Source: a virus. Taken from it: a stretch of 64,000 nucleotides of DNA. The position numbers and the translations under genes are program-made. A model generated the notes under the pieces. The model ran no database searches. It was not told the DNA's origin and was given only the letters and a program-made list of their open reading frames with translations. Below, piece by piece: positions 1 to 10,380 of the stretch (its first letter is position 1; each line of letters opens with the position of its first letter). The DNA is taken from positions 22,558 to 86,557 of the IMG/VR virus record IMGVR_UViG_3300011268_000517; one strand, written 5' to 3'.

Positions 1-2488
1 TATGCTCGAAGTATTCATACGTTACTTGAACTGGACCAGATGGAATAGTGAACGATGGTTTTAGGTTCAAGCGACCCCAGTCGTAGTGAGTGCTACGCTG
101 ACCATTATCAAAGTCAAAACGATCAGAAATGTCTAATGTGAATAGGTTAGAAGCTAAAGTAGCATTAGTTGCTTGGAAAGCAGTACCACCAGCCATCTTG
201 ATGCTTGTGATACGGAATACGTCAGCTTTATCAAGAATCAATGATGCTTGTTGTGCAAGAGAAGCAGTGTTAAACTGTTCTGTCACTGTGGTCAAAGTCT
301 TATTTTTCTCGTAACCAGAACCATTACGTTGAACCGCTGCAATGACTGTCATTGAACGACCAGACTGAGCAGATGGTAGTGTAATAGTTACAGAAGAACC
401 TAACGGTACGATGCTAACTGGTTGAATAACTGCGCCACCAGCTGCAACGTCATTATCCACTACGATGTAGTTTGTAATGCCAGAAGCTGGCATAAATGTA
501 CCAGAAGTGCTTAGGGACAGTGTTGTACCAGAAGCGTTCTGTGTGAATTTTTGATAGCAAATGTATGTGGTATTGTTGATACCAGATGTTCCTGCTGATC
601 TGTTAGAACGAACCGCATAGTTTGGTAGTGGGAAAACTAAACCAGTGTTCTGAGTCTCGAACAGTTGCGTAGTAGCCAATGAGAAGGCTTTACCAGTAAA
701 CGTTCCTGTGTTTAGCGTAATAGAGTTTTGTGAAGATGGTGCACCAGTAACACGGTACATAACACCATCAACGATAATGTAATCGCCAGAAACTAGATCA
801 GTTTGGAACGATGTACCAGTTCCAGTTACTGCTCCAGCAGAAGCAGTAATAGAACCAACTAGAGCAGATGCAATTGGATTAATATCTGCTGTGAAAGATA
901 AGTTTGGGTCACCACTGATGTTGTAATAGAAAGACTTAACTGTTCTGTTAAAATCCTTACCTGGATTCATCTGAATGTCAAACAGACCTAGCTTGTAAAC
1001 TGCGCCAGAACCGAAAGAACTTCCGCTGTTCCATTCCATAAAACGAACACGAGCAGTACCAACTTGAGTGCCGACTTGAGTGCCAACTGCAGTACCAGTA
1101 ACTTGGTCATACAGTTTAACAGTTTCGTATGTGTCTATCGGAGGTAAGTTATTAGCGTTAGTGACCAATACGTAGTTGCCAACAGTAGGTTGGATAATGG
1201 CACCTGTTTGTTGGTCATAGTCACGAGCTTTTTCAACGGCAATGTATGTAGTAGAATCTTTTTGAATTTCGTAACCACGGACATATGCTTTTCCTGGTTC
1301 TAAACCGACTGCAAGTTTAGATTCATCACCACCGTCTTCTGGGCGATAGATACCACGATTGTAAACAGGAGAAACTGTCCATTCCCATCTAATACCAGTA
1401 GAACCTGGACCATCAAATGCAGTGCCAGTAGTGTGAACTGGAGCAGTTGTAACTGAAGAGCCAGAATTTCTAGCTACATAAATGTTTCCAGCATTAGTTA
1501 CTATGTCGCCAGAGATATAAGCAGTGTTCTGTTGCCACTGCCCACGATTGTTGTTACGGTGTTCACGAAGATCAATTGCAAAATCACGAACAGTGTAATC
1601 GCCAGATTCGTCGTATGTACGACGAGCCAACTCATCAGCTAATAGAGAGTACTCTGTTTTATCTACAATAGTTTTAATTCTACCATTATCAACACGAATT
1701 AACTCAATAAAGTTTAAATCTGAAGTTGCGTCAACTGCAAGTTTAGTTAGAGTTAGATCGATATAGTAGCGATGTGCACCTGGAGCAGCAAAGTTGTAGC
1801 TGTTCTGTGCATTGTCTAGCAATGTCTCGTCTTGTTCTGGTGTAACAACACCTTCGGATACATGTAAACCAATACGATAAGTAGGGGTATTAGAATATTT
1901 GTCTAGAACAATAGATTGTTCTTCGACTAAACAAAAGTGTTCGTTAACATAGTAAACACCACGTTGAATGGTAGCAAGAGAACCCTTACCAGTTGCATCG
2001 GTTGTTGCAGCTTGGAAAGAATATATTCCATCTTCAGTTTGAATAACTTCGTTGTTTGAAAACGTCTTTGTTGTGTTATTAGTGCCACCGCTAGTGTAAC
2101 GAACGTACAAGGTGGTAGGGTCTGTTCCTTCTGCATCCTGTGCTTTAATCACAGTAGCAGTAACACCGCTAGTACCAACAATAGTTGCACCTTGCAGAGC
2201 AGAAATGAATGTTTGGACTGCTACACCATTATAGCTAACTTGTAGCTTAACATAATCAGCACCTTGGTTTGGTTGTGTGACAGTTTCTATAGAGCACTGT
2301 CCAGGGATAACCATCGCACCCTGTTTAAAAATAGCGCTACCATGGCGTGAGATTTGTTTCTGCAGAAGCGTCTGCATCTGAGTAAGTTCACGAGCCTGTA
2401 CAGCGAACGAAGGACGATAGAGAATACGATAGAATTTTTTATTCTCGTCGTAGTCGTCATTATACGGTTCTGTGTTGAAATCGATCAT
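1..2488 (-). CDS. Large virion structural protein (DUF4815-type baseplate/tail-associated), truncated by window start
   Basis: Manual translation from ATG at 2488: MIDFNTEPYNDDYDENKKFYRILYRPSFAVQARELTQMQTLLQKQI..., the typical DUF4815 N-terminus; runs off the window edge, so absent from the ORF track. Confidence 0.8.
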   Translation of the reverse strand, partial: MIDFNTEPYNDDYDENKKFYRILYRPSFAVQARELTQMQTLLQKQISRHGSAIFKQGAMVIPGQCSIETVTQPNQGADYVKLQVSYNGVAVQTFISALQGATIVGTSGVTATVIKAQDAEGTDPTTLYVRYTSGGTNNTTKTFSNNEVIQTEDGIYSFQAATTDATGKGSLATIQRGVYYVNEHFCLVEEQSIVLDKYSNTPTYRIGLHVSEGVVTPEQDETLLDNAQNSYNFAAPGAHRYYIDLTLTKLAVDATSDLNFIELIRVDNGRIKTIVDKTEYSLLADELARRTYDESGDYTVRDFAIDLREHRNNNRGQWQQNTAYISGDIVTNAGNIYVARNSGSSVTTAPVHTTGTAFDGPGSTGIRWEWTVSPVYNRGIYRPEDGGDESKLAVGLEPGKAYVRGYEIQKDSTTYIAVEKARDYDQQTGAIIQPTVGNYVLVTNANNLPPIDTYETVKLYDQVTGTAVGTQVGTQVGTARVRFMEWNSGSSFGSGAVYKLGLFDIQMNPGKDFNRTVKSFYYNISGDPNLSFTADINPIASALVGSITASAGAVTGTGTSFQTDLVSGDYIIVDGVMYRVTGAPSSQNSITLNTGTFTGKAFSLATTQLFETQNTGLVFPLPNYAVRSNRSAGTSGINNTTYICYQKFTQNASGTTLSLSTSGTFMPASGITNYIVVDNDVAAGGAVIQPVSIVPLGSSVTITLPSAQSGRSMTVIAAVQRNGSGYEKNKTLTTVTEQFNTASLAQQASLILDKADVFRITSIKMAGGTAFQATNATLASNLFTLDISDRFDFDNGQRSTHYDWGRLNLKPSFTIPSGPVQVTYEYFEH

Positions 2489-2519
2489 TCTTTTACTCTT
2501 CTATGTTATTTCTTATTTA

Positions 2520-5096
2520 TTAGAATTTAATGACAGTTCTTAGTGTAACTGTCTGATCTGCTGTTGGTGTAAACGCTTGTTTGTTGTCGATGAACAGCAA
2601 ATGCCCAGAATATTTATCTGCTGTTGGTGGTGTTACACCAGATACAGAGAACGCAACTGAAGCTGGATTTAAGAAAATACTACCTACTTGCGGTACAGCG
2701 TTATCAATAGACTGAACTAACATACCATTAGATGTTTTAGAAACAATTCTGAAACGTGGACCATCTGAACTACCCATTGTAATTAACATATCAGGTGTAA
2801 ACGACTCAGAAATAGAACCATTCAAAACATAACAAGCTGATGCTAAAGAACTCTTAAGGTTTCCATACGATCCAAATTGTCTTGGGTTTTTAATAATACC
2901 TAGCTGACGGAAGTCGTTGTTTACATTAAAACCTTGGTTTGTGTCTTTAGAGATGTTTGTGTAGAACATAAGTGTTCTAGCAAAAGATCCAACAATAGGG
3001 TCTTTACCATGTCCGCCATATGGAGCCATAATCGGTCTTACTTTGGCACCTTGACCACCACCTTCAATGGTGACTTTAGCCCAACGATAATTTTGACCAT
3101 ATCCATCTACTACAATCTTCTTGATAGCACCACCTTGAACAATAGCGTGTGCTGTTGCTCCTGTTCCATCACCTTCAATTGTGATTGTAGGATTAGTTCC
3201 ATATCCATAACCGCCAGAAATAACGTCATACGCCATAATTCTGCCGTCAATCGTTAGTAGTTCTGTGTTGGCTTGTAGAGTGTTAATATCACCTGGAGAC
3301 AGGTCTGCTCTCAGAGAAGCATCAGTACCGTCGCCAGTAACACTAATGTTAGCGTATGTGTAACCTACGCCACCATCATCGATCTGAACACCTACGATTT
3401 GTCCGTTGGATAAAATAGGAATCAATTTAGCTTCAGATTTAACACCAACGAAATATGCTTTGGCTCCAGAACCACCAGATGTTGCTTGAATAGTGATTGC
3501 TGGAAGAACAGAATAACCAGAACCATACTTCAAAGAAGCGGTTCCAGTAGCTGGTGAACCAACATATGTTAAGATAGCAGTACCGTTGCTTGCAGCGCCA
3601 GTAATATGTGTAGGTGCAGTAGAACCAGAAGTGCCAGATGTAGTAACTGTGTACAAACGATTGGCTGCAAAAATTTGTTGTCCTACTGTGTATGCTGTTG
3701 TTTCTGACCACTGAGTTCCGAATGTGACAGTAGGAACGCTAGTGTAATTATTACCAGAATCTAAGATAGTCACTCGTGAAACACCAGTTCCACGCATAAC
3801 ACTCTGTCCAACAAAACTAGATCCACCGCCATTAGTAACATTTACCGCTGGTGCTGATGTATAACCAGAACCAGGGTTAGTTACAAGGATCTCGAAGACA
3901 GATCCATTTAGGGTAATACCAGTAACCTGACCAGCATTAGTAACAACAGTGCCAGTTGCACGAGTACCGATATACTTTAATAGAGCAGAACCGTTTGCAA
4001 CAATACCAGACTTGTGTGTTGGTGCTGGTGATGCCATTGTACCAGACATAGTTGCTTCATACAAATTATTATTGTATTCAACTTTCTGTCCAATAAGAAT
4101 AGCAACACCAGAAGTCCATACGTTAGCGCCAGCGAATGGTGGTTCAATGGTACAAGTTGCACCACTGGTATAACCAGTACCAGGAACACTAATTTGAACG
4201 TTCTGCAAAACAAGAGGGTCACTAGCTCTATAACCATCACCAGAAACAACTATGTTGGCGAACGTGTAATTTTGACCGTTGTTTTCTAAAACTACGTTTA
4301 GGATCTCACCGCCAGAATAGAATTGTCCACGTAAGGCATTAACGACAGGCATATAAACGTCTGTCAAAAATTTATTACGAAGCGCAATTGGAATACTATA
4401 CAAGTATTTCCACATGTAGCCATCTGGCATAATAACTGGGTCTACAACAGTACCGATTGGTTTGTATGTTGAGACTGCATTGTTATTGTTATCCAGACAC
4501 TTGTACACGTTGTACTCGTCTGTCATAACGATGCACTTAATGTCTTCTAATCTCTGTGCGCCAGAATAGGCGATCTTAACACTAGCTGTAGCAGAAGCAC
4601 CTTCGCCACCACCTCCAGTGATAGTAACTGTTGGTGCAGAGGTATATCCTCTACCACGGTTAACCATATCGATAGAAATGATAACACCGTCAGAAATAAC
4701 TGGAACCGCTACAGCACCAGTGCCACCGCCACCAGAAATTGTTACAGTTGGTGGGTCAGAATATCCGTATCCACCAGAAATCAGGTTAATACCTTGGACT
4801 TCATCACTATATTGATCATCATACATGTCCCAAACTTGTCCAGTAATCCAGTCAACACGATTAGTTACGAATGCAACATCGGTTGACTTAATTTCTTTCA
4901 TAGTGATAATTTCATTACGAGTTTTTAATTCGTAATCGAAACTATCGATTGGGAAAGGTGGTGAAGCATCATCATCCCAAGTCAATGTTCTACCTAGGAA
5001 GTAATAATATCTCGCATTTCTATTCTGAATCTCGTCGTATAACGCCTGAGCAACAGAATTGTGAAGTGGAGACTTCAATAGCGCTGAAGTTGCCAT
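2520..5096 (-). CDS. gp8: Baseplate wedge subunit gp8-like, expanded with Gly-rich beta repeats
   Basis: YYYFLGR..W, VMTDEYNVYKCLDN, DGYMWKYLY and C-terminal YSGHLLFIDN motifs; synteny with gp6/gp7. Confidence 0.8.
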   Translation of the reverse strand: MATSALLKSPLHNSVAQALYDEIQNRNARYYYFLGRTLTWDDDASPPFPIDSFDYELKTRNEIITMKEIKSTDVAFVTNRVDWITGQVWDMYDDQYSDEVQGINLISGGYGYSDPPTVTISGGGGTGAVAVPVISDGVIISIDMVNRGRGYTSAPTVTITGGGGEGASATASVKIAYSGAQRLEDIKCIVMTDEYNVYKCLDNNNNAVSTYKPIGTVVDPVIMPDGYMWKYLYSIPIALRNKFLTDVYMPVVNALRGQFYSGGEILNVVLENNGQNYTFANIVVSGDGYRASDPLVLQNVQISVPGTGYTSGATCTIEPPFAGANVWTSGVAILIGQKVEYNNNLYEATMSGTMASPAPTHKSGIVANGSALLKYIGTRATGTVVTNAGQVTGITLNGSVFEILVTNPGSGYTSAPAVNVTNGGGSSFVGQSVMRGTGVSRVTILDSGNNYTSVPTVTFGTQWSETTAYTVGQQIFAANRLYTVTTSGTSGSTAPTHITGAASNGTAILTYVGSPATGTASLKYGSGYSVLPAITIQATSGGSGAKAYFVGVKSEAKLIPILSNGQIVGVQIDDGGVGYTYANISVTGDGTDASLRADLSPGDINTLQANTELLTIDGRIMAYDVISGGYGYGTNPTITIEGDGTGATAHAIVQGGAIKKIVVDGYGQNYRWAKVTIEGGGQGAKVRPIMAPYGGHGKDPIVGSFARTLMFYTNISKDTNQGFNVNNDFRQLGIIKNPRQFGSYGNLKSSLASACYVLNGSISESFTPDMLITMGSSDGPRFRIVSKTSNGMLVQSIDNAVPQVGSIFLNPASVAFSVSGVTPPTADKYSGHLLFIDNKQAFTPTADQTVTLRTVIKF

Positions 5097-5112
5097 TTAG
5101 TAGCCCTGAAAA

Positions 5113-5574
5113 TTAACTTACTGTAATAACCCAAGTAACAGCAATAGAGTCACCAGCTGCTTTGTTAACGACTGGGAAAGTAGTGCGACAAAGCATGTTA
5201 CCACCAGCACCGCCAGCGCTTGCTGGGTTGAAGATGCCTGCTTCGGTAATAGCACCAGTACCTGTACCAGCTGGGAAAGTAGCAGTAGCAGTGACTTGGT
5301 TAGAAGAAGCAGAGAAAGAAGCCAGAGCTACACGACCAGCTTCAACACCCAGAGTTGTGTTACCAACTGCTGGCGTAGCAGAGCTAGTACCGATAGCCAT
5401 AGTGTTCATAACGCTTTGTATGCTGTTAGATTGCATACGGTTAGCGATGTAAGTCTTACCAACGCTAACTACTAAGTTTTTAACTTGTCTCTCTTCTTTC
5501 AGAGAGCCGTCTTGACCAAAAATCTTGATGTTTACATCACCGATCATTTTGATACCAGTATCTTGAAGTTCCAT
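5113..5574 (-). CDS. Virion structural protein (hypothetical)
   Basis: 153-aa Ala/Gly/Thr-rich ORF inside the baseplate operon with an SD upstream. Confidence 0.55.
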   Translation of the reverse strand: MELQDTGIKMIGDVNIKIFGQDGSLKEERQVKNLVVSVGKTYIANRMQSNSIQSVMNTMAIGTSSATPAVGNTTLGVEAGRVALASFSASSNQVTATATFPAGTGTGAITEAGIFNPASAGGAGGNMLCRTTFPVVNKAAGDSIAVTWVITVS

Positions 5575-5595
5575 AAAAATCTCCTATTCGTTTAA

Positions 5596-7842
5596 TTAAC
5601 CCGAGAATACGATTGGGTTGCCGACAAACAACCCACCATCATTCAAGAACCAACCAGCTTCTGCATATGGATTTAAGTCCAAAGTGCCACCGCTGTCTGT
5701 GGCAGCAGCTACGTTGGTGTCGGGTGTAACACCATCGTTTAGAAGAAGACCGAATGTCGTGGTTAAAGAAATTGCGGGTGTCGTTCTATTTAGGTCAGAT
5801 GCACTAGAAGCATCTGTGTCGAGAGGTGTAACACTCTCAGGATCTGCTGTTACATTGTCATTAATTAGGTGACCAGCAGAAAGAGTCTTAGTCATAGACC
5901 ATGTTTCCACGCCTATACGAACCAATCCTCCATAACCATATCCAATAGCGTTTTCTACCAGAGAAATAGACTCTGAGTCAAATACACCATCAAAATTTAA
6001 GTGGGTGTTGACTGTATCAACATAACCCAAATTCTTAGTCTGCGCAAAGAACGGTACAGTTCTGGTAGATCCAGAACCAGTCTCATCTGCCATGAACACA
6101 GACTCAGAGTCTGTAGTAACTCCATCGTTAATAACGTGGTTTACGTTGAATACCTTAGTGATATCCAAATAAGGCATAGTTCTTGTAGAATTAGTAACGT
6201 CTCCACCATCAGTCAACGTAACTTGATGTAGTTCTGCTACTCCATCAAAATTCAAAGAAGTATTACTAATAGGCTTTGTGATAGTCAAATACGGCATAGT
6301 TCTCGTACCATCGAGAGCTATACCTATTTCTTGCATAGTAACAAAGTTACCTTCTACGTTACCATTGCCGTTTAGAGACTGATCATCAAAATACTTAGTG
6401 ATGTTCAAATAAGGCATAGTTCTGGTTAAGTCCAGAGCCATACCAATTTCTTGAGTAGCAACGCTGTCTTTTGCGTTGATGTTCAGAATCTTAATTAAAC
6501 ACTCTAACTGTTGGCTGATATCAAATTCGTTACGAATATCGTACTCGCCGAAAATAGCCATACCCGCTGGGTGAATAAGATTCTTGACAGCAGTTTTATA
6601 TGTGTCTAGAGCCTCATCAATCTTAATAACATATGAGTATGCTTGATAGTAACGGCTGTCTTGGATGTAAATAGCATCATCTAAGAAACCGTCATTATTA
6701 ACGTAGTATCCTGGATATTTTGCTAGAGGACCAAGAGAACACTTAATAATAGCTGGGTCTGTTAGAACAGCAGCAGCATCAACGTTACTAATACCGAACT
6801 CACGCATAACTTGACCTACATATGCGCCATCAGCATACGTTGTCCAGTAATCTGTCATATTAATGGTACCAGATTCTGCGAAACCATCCATTCTATCTGT
6901 GATAGAAAGGTTAACTAGAATATTTCCGTTACCCTGTACTTGGTCTGTTCGCTGAATGGTAGTGCCAGCTGTTCCTGCAACGTCCTGTCCAGAAGTAGCT
7001 GAGATTGTTGTTGTGAAATCAGTAGTGTATCCAATGCCATATTTAATAAACTGTGCTTGTTGAATACCACCATTACTGTCAACACGAACAACCTTCATGA
7101 TGGATCCGTATCCATCGAAGTTTTTAATATTGTATAGACCACCTACCTTAAATCCAGATCCAGGTTTCTGAACCTCGAGTGTAGAAGTAGTTGCTAAAAT
7201 CTCAGCAGTAAAGTATGTGCCGTTTACATCGTCACGATATCTAATTCTGTCGCCAACTGCAATACTACCGAAGAATCGACGATCGATGAAGTATTCATAA
7301 ATCCCATCGACAACCTCAACTACACGGTCAACTTCGAGTTCAACATACTGTCTTCTATCGACCAGAACACGAATAATTTTAGTCGGTGTAACGACATCAA
7401 CCATCTTGCCAATAGGGTCGTTAGGATTACCAGTAAGAATCTTACAGAAAATAGAAACGTCTTGATTCCATTTACCATCAGAAGCACGAAGCATCTGTCG
7501 TGCAGGGTAATCAATAGAAACTTCTTTACCGAATAAAATTCGGAATAGTAGTTTATAAGAAGATTCAGAACCCTTTGCGCCATAATGTTCCTTGATGTGT
7601 TCCATCAAGAAACGCTGATCTACAGAAGAGTATGGTAACTTGCTCGCTAACTCGTTTTTGAAGTAGCGAATAAAGGAGTCTAATGTTTTGTCTAGATCTC
7701 TAAGATCTTCTAAATTTTGTTGAGTAGACTCCAAATACTCATAGTATGCTTCTAAGAATGTAACGAAACTCTGGTAGTCAGAGCGTACAAACTCTGGTAC
7801 CTGAGACGCTACTAAAGAAGACAGCTTAGGTTTAGTAATCAT
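5596..7842 (-). CDS. gp7: Baseplate wedge initiator gp7-like
   Basis: N-terminal QVPEFVRSDY..FLEAYYEY, KGSESSYKLLFRILFG and DS.YYQ.YSYVIK/HPAG motifs; follows gp6. Confidence 0.7.
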   Translation of the reverse strand: MITKPKLSSLVASQVPEFVRSDYQSFVTFLEAYYEYLESTQQNLEDLRDLDKTLDSFIRYFKNELASKLPYSSVDQRFLMEHIKEHYGAKGSESSYKLLFRILFGKEVSIDYPARQMLRASDGKWNQDVSIFCKILTGNPNDPIGKMVDVVTPTKIIRVLVDRRQYVELEVDRVVEVVDGIYEYFIDRRFFGSIAVGDRIRYRDDVNGTYFTAEILATTSTLEVQKPGSGFKVGGLYNIKNFDGYGSIMKVVRVDSNGGIQQAQFIKYGIGYTTDFTTTISATSGQDVAGTAGTTIQRTDQVQGNGNILVNLSITDRMDGFAESGTINMTDYWTTYADGAYVGQVMREFGISNVDAAAVLTDPAIIKCSLGPLAKYPGYYVNNDGFLDDAIYIQDSRYYQAYSYVIKIDEALDTYKTAVKNLIHPAGMAIFGEYDIRNEFDISQQLECLIKILNINAKDSVATQEIGMALDLTRTMPYLNITKYFDDQSLNGNGNVEGNFVTMQEIGIALDGTRTMPYLTITKPISNTSLNFDGVAELHQVTLTDGGDVTNSTRTMPYLDITKVFNVNHVINDGVTTDSESVFMADETGSGSTRTVPFFAQTKNLGYVDTVNTHLNFDGVFDSESISLVENAIGYGYGGLVRIGVETWSMTKTLSAGHLINDNVTADPESVTPLDTDASSASDLNRTTPAISLTTTFGLLLNDGVTPDTNVAAATDSGGTLDLNPYAEAGWFLNDGGLFVGNPIVFSG
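6040..6440 (-). repeat. Intragenic 120-nt (40-aa) tandem repeats in gp7 (TRTMPYLxITK)
   Basis: CAAAT(A/AC)GGCATAGTTCT recurs near 6167, 6287 and 6407 with an exact 120-nt period; a degenerate fourth copy lies near 6047. Confidence 0.8.
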
Positions 7843-9680
7843 TATGATCTGCTATTAGAGAATACGAAATTATATCCACCACGTAGGTCGCCAGAAGCTG
7901 TCTTGTCAGCAATAGCGTTAACGCTTAAGTGATCAACAGCAATTTGAGCTATCTGGGTCAAAGCTGAAACGACGTCATAAGACTGCGGTTTTAATGAAAT
8001 TTCAAAGTCAACATCGGCAAGCGCAACAATGTTTAGGTTTCTAATATCAACAATACCCTTAGCATAGTCGATAGTTCCAACCTCATCGTCTACATAAATT
8101 TTAGTAGCATTGCTACCATACTTATACAAGCGAACGTATTGTCTACCGTCATCTTCTAGGTAGTGAATGTCTGGTGATCCAGAGATATAAAACCCTGTGC
8201 TAGTGAACGCTTGTTCAGCAACGCCAGAATAGTAAATAGGGTTAACTAAGTTTACCAGATACTGAGCGGAAACGTTATATCTTGGCTGCAAGCTACGGCG
8301 AAGAAGTACGTTTGTAATGTTACTAACGATAGATGGATCAGTCTCGTCAATAATCTTGCTTAACTTAGAGAAACGGAAGATTCCGTCAAACTTCTGTAGA
8401 TCAGAATCGTTGTAAGAAAGGATAGACTGACGAACTAGAGTGGCAATTTCAGAAGCAGACTTGGTTGTTTCTTGTTCGTTATAATAGACGTTAACTTCTA
8501 GAGCGATGTTGATGTACTCTGGATCTACAAGTTCAGGAATAACAGATACCACATTTCGTTGTGTTAGTACTGTTGATACAATATTAGCTTTCTCAACAGT
8601 AGTTAGTTTTGTGGCATTCTTTGGTTTGATGCAAACGTATGTTTTACCGTAAACTGGTGGGTTGTTATCTTCACCACCCCAAACAGAAACAGAATATGCC
8701 TCTGGGACGTTTGCGTAGATTAGAGCCTTATAATCATCTGGAGTGACAGCACGATTTTGAGCCGCATAGAACTTTGGAGCATTGAAACGAATAGAATCAT
8801 TAGATTCTTTATCGTCACCATTAGCAGCTGCTCTTGTTGTCACAACTGCAACGTTTGCACCAGAAAGGATTGTTGGACCATTGTAACTAAACTGCGTTGC
8901 ACCGTTTGCTGCATCAAGACTAGTAACGAAATAATCCATATGCACAACGTTACCATTTTCTAACGCACGACCAATAAGACCGTCGCCGAATGTAACTTCA
9001 TACAATCCGTCATCGATCTCTTTAACCCAATAAGCCTTTGTAGTTGCAGTAGCTGTTACAACGCTATCAGATCTGTTCCAAGCCTCGTAAACTGAAGATG
9101 TTGGTGCTTGTTGAACACGAATCTTAAGTGTAGCTATGTCTACATTAGCATTAGGGATAATATATCTAACACCCTCAGCTGCATTATAGCGGAAATTTAG
9201 TGGAGTGCCTTCGATCAATTCTACATCAGTAACTGTATAGCTTCCAGTTGCACTAGAACGATTAACTGTGATAGAACCGTTATTATAGAATGTATACTGC
9301 TTACCTTCAATGATAGTAGTAAACGGTGACAGAGAAGGAATTGTAATGTTTGATGGTGCAGAAGATCCACCAGAAACGATTAAGTTAACCATCGCACGAG
9401 CGCATGTAGCAGAACGTGGAGTGTATCCTAGCATCTTAGCTAAAGATACAATGTTGTTACGTTTTCTAGCAGAATCCAGGAACATCTCATTGATCGCCAT
9501 ATTATTGTACAGCGCATTATAATGGGTGTTGTATGCTAGGACGTCTAGCAGAACAGACATCGCAGAACCTTCAAAGTTATAGTCCTGGAATTCTTCTTGT
9601 CCGCTTAAGAAATCTTTAAGGTTTTGCTTAATATTATCAAAGTCTAGCTCTGTGACATTGATCTTTTTGTTATTTGCCAT
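7842..9680 (-). CDS. gp6: Baseplate wedge subunit gp6
   Basis: ELDFDNIKQNLK..DYNFEGS..LLDVLAYNTHYNA, FLDSA, QNRAVT.DDY motifs. Confidence 0.93.
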   Translation of the reverse strand: MANNKKINVTELDFDNIKQNLKDFLSGQEEFQDYNFEGSAMSVLLDVLAYNTHYNALYNNMAINEMFLDSARKRNNIVSLAKMLGYTPRSATCARAMVNLIVSGGSSAPSNITIPSLSPFTTIIEGKQYTFYNNGSITVNRSSATGSYTVTDVELIEGTPLNFRYNAAEGVRYIIPNANVDIATLKIRVQQAPTSSVYEAWNRSDSVVTATATTKAYWVKEIDDGLYEVTFGDGLIGRALENGNVVHMDYFVTSLDAANGATQFSYNGPTILSGANVAVVTTRAAANGDDKESNDSIRFNAPKFYAAQNRAVTPDDYKALIYANVPEAYSVSVWGGEDNNPPVYGKTYVCIKPKNATKLTTVEKANIVSTVLTQRNVVSVIPELVDPEYINIALEVNVYYNEQETTKSASEIATLVRQSILSYNDSDLQKFDGIFRFSKLSKIIDETDPSIVSNITNVLLRRSLQPRYNVSAQYLVNLVNPIYYSGVAEQAFTSTGFYISGSPDIHYLEDDGRQYVRLYKYGSNATKIYVDDEVGTIDYAKGIVDIRNLNIVALADVDFEISLKPQSYDVVSALTQIAQIAVDHLSVNAIADKTASGDLRGGYNFVFSNSRS

Positions 9681-10072
9681 TATCGTGTTCTCTCTAGAGT
9701 TAAATCAAGAGTTAGAGGTTGGGTGGTGTTAATGATTCTAAACTCAATAGAAACGTAAACAGTGTATTCATCTTCACTAACTACAACTTCTACGTTTAAT
9801 AACTCTACTCTTGGCTCAAAATTTTCTACCGTATCAACAATAGCCCTCTGCATCATAACTTCTAACATCGGAGTTGCTGGTTCGAATAGAAGTCTCTTAA
9901 TTGGGCTACCAATCTCGCTATGAAATGGTCTTTCATAGTTAGCTGTTAAAATCAAGTTCTTAAGAGCATTTTTAATAGACTGCTCATCAAATCGACGCAC
10001 AATATCCCCAGTCACAGGGTGAGCGGTGAAATTGAAGTCTAGATCGGAGAATGTTCTTGTGTTTCTTGCCAT
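9680..10072 (-). CDS. gp25: Baseplate wedge subunit gp25
   Basis: FSDLD, IKNALKNLILT..YERPF..EIGS, FEPRVEL motifs. Confidence 0.92.
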   Translation of the reverse strand: MARNTRTFSDLDFNFTAHPVTGDIVRRFDEQSIKNALKNLILTANYERPFHSEIGSPIKRLLFEPATPMLEVMMQRAIVDTVENFEPRVELLNVEVVVSEDEYTVYVSIEFRIINTTQPLTLDLTLERTR

Positions 10073-10086
10073 ATTAGTTATTTAGG

Positions 10087-10380
10087 TCACTCTACAATAG
10101 TTTTTGCATTTCCCTCACCGATAGCATCGCCATCAGCTATTGGATCGTCGATTCTAGCTGCAAGTTTACCTTCGAAATATGTTTTGCTAGCGCCAGCGGA
10201 AACCTTACGTTTTTCGCCAACGTGTTGTGGAGATGGTCCATGGTCAGAGAACTGATCTCCAACCACAGCTATTAATTGACCACCGACATAGCTTTTAGTG
10301 CATTGCATACTGGTAAGAGCAGATGGAGGATATCCATCTTGCCCCTTACTCATAACTCCCTTGTATGCCAGTGCTGCCAT
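10087..10380 (-). CDS. PAAR-type spike tip protein (gp5.4-like)
   Basis: 97 aa directly after gp5; GA.K.YFEGKLAARIDDPIADGD PAAR-like motifs. Confidence 0.8.
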   Translation of the reverse strand: MAALAYKGVMSKGQDGYPPSALTSMQCTKSYVGGQLIAVVGDQFSDHGPSPQHVGEKRKVSAGASKTYFEGKLAARIDDPIADGDAIGEGNAKTIVE